This document shows, in pieces, positions 11,434 to 18,240 of a stretch of 64,000 nt of DNA. The position numbers and the translations under genes were made by a program. Position 1 is the first letter of the stretch. Every line of letters begins with the position of its first letter. The stretch comes from Candidatus Omnitrophota bacterium. GTDB lineage: Bacteria > Omnitrophota > Gorgyraeia > Zapsychrales > Zapsychraceae. The DNA lies in NCBI GenBank assembly GCA_020429915.1, contig JAGQKV010000002.1:329552-393551 (forward strand), in the 5' to 3' direction. Below the pieces are notes generated by a model that did not search any database, was not told the DNA's origin, and saw only the letters and a list, made by a program, of their open reading frames with translations.

Positions 11434-11616
11434 TCACGGGGCTTTTCGCTTGTGTCTGTCCGCAGGATGCGGTTGATTCTTTCCGGCACACCAAATCAGT
11501 CCGAACAGGAGAAAACTGCCGGCTGTCAGTACGGTCAGATTCAAGATGGTCCGGTCGTCCAGGTGGATGCCTCCGCAGTGTGCCAGGTAGGTAACGGTTA
11601 AATGGTAGGCGTTCAT
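11434..11616 (-). CDS. Small hydrophobic hypothetical protein (60 aa) upstream of hypF
   Basis: ATG ORF MNAYHLTVTYLAHCGGIHLDDRTILNLTVLTAGSFLLFGLIWCAGKNQ... ends 25 nt before the hypF ATG and lies downstream of a strong promoter; no homology recognised; weak SD. Confidence 0.2.
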   Translation of the reverse strand: MNAYHLTVTYLAHCGGIHLDDRTILNLTVLTAGSFLLFGLIWCAGKNQPHPADRHKRKAP

Positions 11617-11682
11617 GATTTTTTCCGTTTCTTAAGAAGGTTTTTCGGTTCTCCGGGGGGCATTTCATGCGTCCGCCCGAAT

Positions 11683-11698
11683 CGTGAATTATTTCACA
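11683..11698. promoter_or_regulatory. CRP/FNR-family-like palindrome TGTGA-N6-TCACG immediately downstream of the hyp promoter -10
   Basis: Minus strand reads aTGTGAaataatTCACGa (9/10 match to the CRP-type TGTGA-N6-TCACA consensus). Confidence 0.35.
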
Positions 11699-11710
11699 TA
11701 TCTACATGCT

Positions 11711-11738
11711 ATTATACATTAATAGATGTATAAGTCAA
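11711..11738 (-). promoter_or_regulatory. Candidate strong sigma70 promoter TTGACT-N16-TATAAT for the hyp (and downstream) operon
   Basis: Minus strand reads TTGACTtatacatctattaatgTATAAT in the AT-rich 150-nt intergenic region upstream of the small ORF/hypF; an imperfect inverted repeat ACATGCTATTA/TAATAGATGT overlaps the spacer. Confidence 0.45.
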
Positions 11739-11773
11739 TATGGCCGGGTGTTTTATCGACGTGATTAGCGGGC

Positions 11774-12337
11774 CTACAGTTGTTGCTCTGTGATGATATT
11801 TCCGGATTTGATGTCAAAGGTGTATTCGACGTTATCAATCGTTTTCAGCTTGAACAGGTAACGAAAGGTATCGAATTCGGGATCCCGCCGGCTCCAGTAG
11901 TAGTGGCTCATCGATGGAAGAATTTGCGCTGGATCCTTCACCAGCTGTTTGGTGCTGTAGGATCGGATCAGCTGGCCGCGGTGGTAAAAGGCGATCGCGA
12001 GATGATTTTCGGACAGTTCATGTCCGCGCGGCCAATTGCCGTAGCGCACCAAATACTGACCGTCATGCGTCAAATAGACCCGGTTGGAATACCAGCCGGA
12101 GGTCTGCCACAGGATTTCATCCCCCGCCCCCGAAAGGACTTGGTAGCATATGCCGCGCCCCTTTTCACGGTCGAGCGGACTATCCGGTATCATTTTGAAG
12201 TAAAAATGCCCGTTGGCCGAGGCCCGCACAAATGGGACCGGCAAAAACTCATCATCCGCTCCCGAGCGGCCACCCGTCAAAAGGATTGTGGATATAATCA
12301 GCATTTGAACAATGATCATGATCAGAAGATTTCTCAT
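11774..12337 (-). CDS. Hypothetical secreted protein (187 aa)
   Basis: The start chosen is the ATG at 12337 (MRNLLIMIIVQMLIISTILL signal peptide), preceded by an AGGAAGG SD and overlapping the upstream stop (ATGA). No recognisable domain. Confidence 0.5.
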   Translation of the reverse strand: MRNLLIMIIVQMLIISTILLTGGRSGADDEFLPVPFVRASANGHFYFKMIPDSPLDREKGRGICYQVLSGAGDEILWQTSGWYSNRVYLTHDGQYLVRYGNWPRGHELSENHLAIAFYHRGQLIRSYSTKQLVKDPAQILPSMSHYYWSRRDPEFDTFRYLFKLKTIDNVEYTFDIKSGNIITEQQL

Positions 12338-12663
12338 ACGTCCTTCCTTTTGGTACGGATTTCTTCGCACTTCCATTGAGTGTGTTGACATTCGGGACAA
12401 CGGCGGCGGCGAAAATGTTCAAACTCCATACTCCGGCAGTAATCTCGAAGGAAAAGCGAAGCAATGATCACGACGGCCACAAATAGGACCGCGACCGCGG
12501 ATATTCGCAGCGGCTGGGGCCACAAGCGACAGAGTGACCAGCCGTAATAGCTGATAAACATTGCGGGAAACAAGGCAAAGAACGGCCATACCCAGAATTT
12601 TTGGCTTAACAGTCCGGGTTCCTCCATCTTGAAACCGCATTTTTGACAGATCAAAAGCAACAT
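12334..12663 (-). CDS. Small membrane protein with split zinc-ribbon (CQKC ... CPEC-x5-C) flanking two TM helices
   Basis: Start at the internal ATG 12663 (MLLLICQKCGF...); the longer track ORF would overlap the receiver gene. Two hydrophobic segments; translationally coupled to the downstream secreted protein. Confidence 0.45.
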   Translation of the reverse strand: MLLLICQKCGFKMEEPGLLSQKFWVWPFFALFPAMFISYYGWSLCRLWPQPLRISAVAVLFVAVVIIASLFLRDYCRSMEFEHFRRRRCPECQHTQWKCEEIRTKRKDV

Positions 12664-12757
12664 GAAGTTTGTTCGCTCCGGAGTGATCCGGGTACTTTTC
12701 GGGATTATATCCTCGCCGGCGGGTAAAAGCAAGAAGCCATCCAGGAGATTCCGCAAA

Positions 12758-13180
12758 CTAACGGTTGTCGCTGGGCAAGTTGACGAGGGTATAGAGTTTG
12801 TCCAACAGCTCGGTGTTATCAAAGGGTTTTGCGAGAAACTGGTCGATTCCGATCGCCGGCAGCTTGCCGGCTTCCACATCGGATATCATACCGGATATGG
12901 CAAATATCTTGACGCCTTTCCCCACGTCTTCCGTGCGGATCCGCCGGCACAACTCATATCCATCCAGACCCGGCATACGGATATCCATGACAATCACATC
13001 CGGTTGCCATTCCTTGAATCTCATCATGGCCATGAAACCGTCACAGGCCGTTCGAATCTCAAAATTGTCGGTAAGTGCCAGCAGTCGGGTAATGGCGTTA
13101 ACCATTTCCTTGTCATCATCGACGATAAGGACACGATGCATTTTGCTATTTGAATGCGGAAAAGGTGACTCTTGATTCAT
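12758..13180 (-). CDS. Standalone response-regulator receiver protein (CheY-like, no output domain)
   Basis: VLIVDDDKEM..., phospho-acceptor in VIVMDIRMPGLDG; start at ATG 13180 with a GGAG SD; paralogous to the receiver domain at 34172-34777. Confidence 0.85.
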   Translation of the reverse strand: MNQESPFPHSNSKMHRVLIVDDDKEMVNAITRLLALTDNFEIRTACDGFMAMMRFKEWQPDVIVMDIRMPGLDGYELCRRIRTEDVGKGVKIFAISGMISDVEAGKLPAIGIDQFLAKPFDNTELLDKLYTLVNLPSDNR

Positions 13181-13235
13181 GATTTCTCCCCACCGGAATA
13201 ACCGGCGAACAAACATTCACTCCCGGTATACCCTG

Positions 13236-13264
13236 AATATAAACCCCTCCCACAACAGTGTCAA
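13236..13264 (-). promoter_or_regulatory. Candidate sigma70 promoter TTGACA-N17-TATATT upstream of the standalone receiver gene
   Basis: Minus strand reads TTGACActgttgtgggaggggttTATATT, ~55 nt upstream of the ATG at 13180. Confidence 0.45.
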
Positions 13265-13387
13265 TACATACGGAAAGCGGGAGCACTTTATCTTTCAGGG
13301 GCCACAGGCAATAACCTTCCGCGACCGGGCCGGGACATTATTTAGGACTGTTCTCCCGGGACTTCTCATAAACACGTGCACCTGAAC

Positions 13388-16300
13388 TTACTCTTCCGCG
13401 CTGACAGAACCCTGTTGGTCCACCAGGTAGTAATCACCTTCATAATAAACCCGCCACACCGGATAATAGAAACTCCCCTCCGTATGGATCAGCTCCATTT
13501 CAGCGCCGTCTCGCATCTCGTGGATCATCCCCCGACGAACACGCCGGTCCGAGTCGGGATAGAGGTGCTTAGCGATTAAGCGCAAGGCCTGACGCTTACC
13601 GACGGGCATGTAGCTCATAGGATCCTTGACCCAGGAGACTTCCTTAAAGGCGCCGCTTTCAGCGTCGATTAAGGCGATGATGACGGTTCGCTGACGCATT
13701 TCCCGACGCATCCGGCGGCGCTCTTGACGCTGAGTCCGGTCAACCCGCTGACCTTCCTCACGCGTCAACTCGTCTCCGGATTCATTCAGCATACGCCCCT
13801 TGCGGAATCCACTGCGTAACTCCTGAACATTGTCCGCATCGACCGGCAGTTCAAACGGAATCAGATAGTAATCTCCGCGGAATCCGTCGACGAATATCGG
13901 TTTGCGCGGTATGGTCTGAACAAACAGCGCGGCAAACTCATCGTCGAACGGGACCAACTGCTCCTGCAGCCCCGTTATTGCCGCCTCAATTAATGCGAAG
14001 GCATCTTCATCAAGATGGTCCCGTACATACACATTTTTTTCCGAACCATCCTCCATTTCTACGGTCTGAAGCTGCAGGAAATTGCGCACGTGCTTTTTCA
14101 GACGCGGCACGCTGGCCACAATCGTTACCTGGCCGTTGTCATCTTGCGGTGGTTCCACTAGGGCCACGTAATGGTTGTACAACGGATCGTCCGGATTAAT
14201 TTCGGTCAGCGGCCAATAGTACATCGCAGTGAATTGATCCGCGGTGACATATGTGTCCTGACCGAGCCCCTGCGGATGCGGATCATTGATCCAGAAGCCG
14301 CAGATTCCAAAATCGGCGTTGCGGTAAGGATCGACCGTGGTTTGAATTCCTTTAATAATGACCCAATAGTCATAATTTCCGTACAAGGGAACGGCTCCCG
14401 GTATATGGACCGGATACCCGTCGACGCCGTGACCGTCGGGATTATCGCCTCCCCCTCCGGCGGGATAGGCCAGCCATTCGGCTATATCACGTAGCGCGTC
14501 CTCCAGGATAAGCCTGGCCTTTAGTCCGAAATTATAGTGAAACGGATTATATGGAGGATCAAGGTTCTGGATGGTCTGCCACAGGCCCCAGCCGTCCAGG
14601 CGCGCCAGTTCCTGATTGACAGCATAATTCATCGGCTGTCCGTACTCATATAACAGGGTCTGCATATTCATTAGCGGATCCTCCAGTTCGGGAGGCCCAT
14701 CCGGATCATCAAATCGGTTCCACCATATATATTGCAGGATCATCTTTAACACGGCCGGCCCGCTGAATTGCCTGACCGAATCGGCACCATTATCCAGGCT
14801 CTGGTGATACGGGAATTTCTCCACGTTCAATGTGAAGCCTCCCTCCACGACATAAATGGTGATAGTTTCCTGCTCGCTCAGTTGACCGTCCGTAATGGTG
14901 AAAGTCACGTCGTATTCTCCCGCGTCGCCCTTTTGCGTCTGCCAAGTGAATTTCGTATTGCCGGAGTCAAACACAGCCCCTTCAGGCAATACGTTCGCGC
15001 TGAAGGTCAGGGAATCCTCGTCCGGATCAGCGCCGGAAACTTCAAACATCAGCATCTCGCCCTCCTTCACTGTACGATCACCGATCGGGTCCAGGGCCGG
15101 CGGTGAATTGCCTGCCATCATCATGACCGTAACCGTAATCTCTTCGAAATCTGACTCGCTGCCGTCCGAGACGGAAACCGTCAGCAGATATGTCCCTGCG
15201 TCGCCTGTTTGCGGGGCGAGTATCAATGTGCTGCCGGAAAATGTCATCCAAGGCTGCCCGCCTGTCACGTTGAATGTCAGGTTATCTCCATCCGGATCAG
15301 TCGCCGTGAAGTTCAATGTTCGCGATTCTCCCTCCGCCAACATTTGATTGCCGACCGGATCGAGTTCCGGCGCCATATTCATGGGCAACGGAGTGACGAT
15401 GATGTCGAAGGTTTCCGTGTCGGTCAGATCGCCGTCACTCACATTTATGGAGACCGGATATGTGCCCGAGTCTCCAATCTGAGGAGTCAAGGTCAGCGTG
15501 GTCCCGTCAAAACTCATCCAACTTTCCGCACCGTTGAACATGAGGGTCAGACTGTCCCCGTCCAAATCACTGGCCGTAAAGGTGACATTAAGGGTCGCTC
15601 CCTCCTGGAGCGTTTGATCGGCTATCGGGTTCAGATCCGGTGCACGATTGGCTTGGGTAACCGTGATGGTAACAGTTTCCTGGTCCGTCCCCGTGTTACC
15701 GTCAGCGGCGGTGAAAGTCACCTGATAAGTTCCGGCGTCATTGTTGCCCGGAGTGCCCATAAAGGTCGTTCCGTCAAAATTCATCCAGGATTGAAGCGCC
15801 GACGTGGTCACAGTCACGGGATCTCCGTCAAGGTCGCTGGCTGATATCATAAAGCTGAGCATAGCATTTTCCGCGACCGATTTGTTACCGATCGTGGCCA
15901 GGACCGGATCGCGATTGACATTCGCCACGGTAATCTGCACGACCTCTGTGGCCGTATCCGTACCGTCGAAGATGGAAAACGTAACGTCAAAAACACCGGC
16001 GTCATTGAAGTCCGGCGTCGCGGTGAAAGTCGTGCCGACAAAGGACATGAATCCGGCCAACGGGGCCGCAGCGAATGTCAGACTGTCCCCGTCCGCATCG
16101 GAACCGGATACGTCGAAACTGAACGTGGCTCCTTCCATGGTCATTCGGTTACCGATGGGATTCAAGACCGGTGAGGTATTAGCGGTTGTTTGTACCGTAA
16201 CGGTTCCGTTGGTAATATTGTCTACGGGTGTGTTTCCTGACGCATCACTTCCGAAGTCCAGTCGTGTCAGGTTTATGGCAGATGTTCCCGGGGCCAGTGC

Positions 16301-17977
16301 CGTGAAGTTAATGACCAGCACCTGCCCGTTTGGTGCAGAAACGGCACTGAATCCGAATTGAGTGATTGCGGCTTGTCCCGGCGTGGTGAGATTTTCCACA
16401 CGCTGAAAGCCCGAGAAGGTCGAACCGTTTGATACGGAATTGGCCGTCAGAACGACAGGGTCCCAGGTGAGGGTCGTATCCACTCCGATGACATCCGCTG
16501 AATTATTGGAAAAGTCGATGGCGATATTAAACGAGTCGCCTTGCTGGACCGTGGCGCCACCCACCACCGCGTCTTGGACACCTCCTCCTGCTCCGGTTAC
16601 CGTAATGATCACCTCCTCCGAATCCATCGCTCCATTACCGTCGTCCGCGTCAAAGGTGACATTGTAGATACCGACTTGCCCAAGCGTCGGCGTCCAACTA
16701 AAGACCCCGGTCATCGGATCAAGCATGGCCCCGGCCGGCAAAGAAGTTGCCCCATAGGTCAAGCCATCGCCGTCGGCATCGGTGGCACTGAGCGTGAAGC
16801 TGAGATTCATTCCGGCCTGTACGGTCCGGCTTCCTATTGAATTCATTATAGGAGTATTGTTGGCGGGAACCTGGACTGTGACGGATCCTCCGGTGACGTT
16901 GTTGACCGGATAGGTGACGGTGTCCGTTCCAAAGTCAAGCCGGCTGAGGGTTAGGGCGGACGTTCCGGAGGCGATCGCCGTAAAATTGATTACGAAGACT
17001 TGTCCGCTGGATGCCGACACGGACGGACCGACGGAAAACTGGGCAATATTGGCTTGACCCGGCGTAGTCAGATTTTCGACATCCTGAAAGCCTGAGAAGG
17101 TCGAACCGTTCGACACGGAATTGGCCGCAAGGATGGCCGGATCCCAAGCCAGTATCGCGTCCACCCCCACCACATCCGCGACGTTATTGGAATACATGAT
17201 GGCGACGTCAAACGATTCCCCTTGACTCACCGTGGCACTGCCAACGACGGCATCATGGGCCGGGGGACCCACACGGGTAACGGTGATGGTAACGGGTGCG
17301 GAGTCAGTTCCTCCGTTACCGTCATCTACCGTAAATGTCACAACATGGAGCCCTTCGTCACCGGACTGCGGAGTCCAGCTGAAGGCGCCGGTGAAAGGGT
17401 CAATGGTTGCCATGCCCGGCAAGGGACTGGCCCCGTATGTCAAGGTATCGCCGTCCGCATCGGTTGCACTTATCGTAAAGCTGATAGCGTTCCCCACCGG
17501 CACGGATTGGCTGCCGACCGGATTAAGGACAGGAGCCGCGTTGCCGTTGTTGACCGTAACGAGACCCGCAAAGGGAATTGCGTTGGCCGGGATTGTCCCC
17601 GACGTATCCGACCCGAAGTCCAAACGGGTTACCTGCAGTTGCGAAGCTCCTGTGGGGGCGGCGGCCGACACTCTGAAGTTAAAGGTCAAAACGGTCCCGT
17701 CGGCATGGCTCATCGGAGACCCGAAGGTAAATTGCGCTATCCGGGCCTGACCCGGCACCGAAAGGTTAACGACCTTGGCGAAGGCCGCGAATTCAGCCCC
17801 GTTGTCAACGGAGTCAAGCGCCAGCACGGACGGATCGTAAACAAGCGTGGTGTCGACTGCCGAGACATCATCGACATTATTCGAAAACGCGATGGCAACG
17901 GATACGGACTGCCCTTGTTCCGCGGGAAGGTTTGTCAGTAAGGCATCCCATGCCTGCACCAAACCCGGGGACAACAT
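13388..17977 (-). CDS. Giant (at least 1529 aa) secreted multidomain protein: 3 x (cohesin-like + Ig-like/cadherin-like) modules, 4 further Ig-like repeats, and a ~550-aa C-terminal domain of unknown function
   Basis: Repeated motifs VSVAIAFSNNVDDVSAVDTTLVYDPSVLAL (cohesin-like) and NAAPVLNPVGSQSVPVGNAISFTISATDADGDTLTY (putative Ig / dystroglycan-type cadherin-like). The signal-peptide-like sequence KPNIKRIAWLLTLCGVMLSPGLVQA-WDA is encoded in frame upstream of the first ATG (see findings). Lies immediately downstream of gspD. Confidence 0.9.
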   Translation of the reverse strand: MLSPGLVQAWDALLTNLPAEQGQSVSVAIAFSNNVDDVSAVDTTLVYDPSVLALDSVDNGAEFAAFAKVVNLSVPGQARIAQFTFGSPMSHADGTVLTFNFRVSAAAPTGASQLQVTRLDFGSDTSGTIPANAIPFAGLVTVNNGNAAPVLNPVGSQSVPVGNAISFTISATDADGDTLTYGASPLPGMATIDPFTGAFSWTPQSGDEGLHVVTFTVDDGNGGTDSAPVTITVTRVGPPAHDAVVGSATVSQGESFDVAIMYSNNVADVVGVDAILAWDPAILAANSVSNGSTFSGFQDVENLTTPGQANIAQFSVGPSVSASSGQVFVINFTAIASGTSALTLSRLDFGTDTVTYPVNNVTGGSVTVQVPANNTPIMNSIGSRTVQAGMNLSFTLSATDADGDGLTYGATSLPAGAMLDPMTGVFSWTPTLGQVGIYNVTFDADDGNGAMDSEEVIITVTGAGGGVQDAVVGGATVQQGDSFNIAIDFSNNSADVIGVDTTLTWDPVVLTANSVSNGSTFSGFQRVENLTTPGQAAITQFGFSAVSAPNGQVLVINFTALAPGTSAINLTRLDFGSDASGNTPVDNITNGTVTVQTTANTSPVLNPIGNRMTMEGATFSFDVSGSDADGDSLTFAAAPLAGFMSFVGTTFTATPDFNDAGVFDVTFSIFDGTDTATEVVQITVANVNRDPVLATIGNKSVAENAMLSFMISASDLDGDPVTVTTSALQSWMNFDGTTFMGTPGNNDAGTYQVTFTAADGNTGTDQETVTITVTQANRAPDLNPIADQTLQEGATLNVTFTASDLDGDSLTLMFNGAESWMSFDGTTLTLTPQIGDSGTYPVSINVSDGDLTDTETFDIIVTPLPMNMAPELDPVGNQMLAEGESRTLNFTATDPDGDNLTFNVTGGQPWMTFSGSTLILAPQTGDAGTYLLTVSVSDGSESDFEEITVTVMMMAGNSPPALDPIGDRTVKEGEMLMFEVSGADPDEDSLTFSANVLPEGAVFDSGNTKFTWQTQKGDAGEYDVTFTITDGQLSEQETITIYVVEGGFTLNVEKFPYHQSLDNGADSVRQFSGPAVLKMILQYIWWNRFDDPDGPPELEDPLMNMQTLLYEYGQPMNYAVNQELARLDGWGLWQTIQNLDPPYNPFHYNFGLKARLILEDALRDIAEWLAYPAGGGGDNPDGHGVDGYPVHIPGAVPLYGNYDYWVIIKGIQTTVDPYRNADFGICGFWINDPHPQGLGQDTYVTADQFTAMYYWPLTEINPDDPLYNHYVALVEPPQDDNGQVTIVASVPRLKKHVRNFLQLQTVEMEDGSEKNVYVRDHLDEDAFALIEAAITGLQEQLVPFDDEFAALFVQTIPRKPIFVDGFRGDYYLIPFELPVDADNVQELRSGFRKGRMLNESGDELTREEGQRVDRTQRQERRRMRREMRQRTVIIALIDAESGAFKEVSWVKDPMSYMPVGKRQALRLIAKHLYPDSDRRVRRGMIHEMRDGAEMELIHTEGSFYYPVWRVYYEGDYYLVDQQGSVSAEE
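15922..17920 (-). repeat. Three tandem ~660-nt intragenic repeat modules (cohesin-like + Ig-like, ~220 aa each) within the giant gene; modules 2 and 3 are near-identical at the DNA level
   Basis: E.g. 16380-16560 vs 17040-17220 (cggcgtggtgagattttccacacgctgaaagcccgagaaggtcgaaccg vs cggcgtagtcagattttcgacatcctgaaagcctgagaaggtcgaaccg), roughly 85% identity by eye. These are protein-domain repeats, not CRISPR. Confidence 0.7.
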
Positions 17978-18240
17978 GACTCCGCACAGGGTGAGTAACC
18001 ATGCAATTCGTTTAATGTTAGGTTTTCCTCTCGTTTGGAGTCATCCGCGACGCCCTGGCCGGCTCCGTCATGAGCTCGCTTAGCGAACCATCCGCACGAT
18101 CCTGGACAGTATAATTGCCGGATGTGGAAAATACATTGGAAATTGTGTGGTTTTTGGAACCCGATCACGCAGCATAAATCGTTCGCAGACCGAATGCAAA
18201 GAAAATGAGAATCCGGGGAGAATTTACTGCAGCTAGACGC

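Noticed and set aside
11409-11489. GTG start extension of hypF (track start 11489)
   Set aside because: The ATG at 11408 has a GGGAAATCGAGG SD and begins exactly at the acylphosphatase domain; the extension would overlap the upstream small ORF.
12664-12879. N-terminal 72 codons of the track ORF 12334..12879
   Set aside because: They overlap the receiver gene (12758-13180) on the same strand in another frame. The internal ATG at 12663 with a GGAG SD gives a coherent zinc-ribbon/TM protein, so the extension is an artefact of longest-ORF calling.
15900-17900. Possible CRISPR-like periodicity of repeated DNA
   Set aside because: The repeats are ~660-nt coding modules with ~85% identity and a continuous ORF; there are no short direct repeats with unique spacers and no cas genes.
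14171-17941. Multiple plus-strand ORFs of 100-240 aa
   Set aside because: All lie antisense within the 1529-aa giant gene, whose repeat structure and codon periodicity support the minus frame.
17935-18168. 77-aa minus-strand ORF upstream of the giant gene
   Set aside because: It overlaps the giant gene's likely N-terminal extension / signal-peptide coding region in another frame; Cys/His-rich but no motif; likely spurious.
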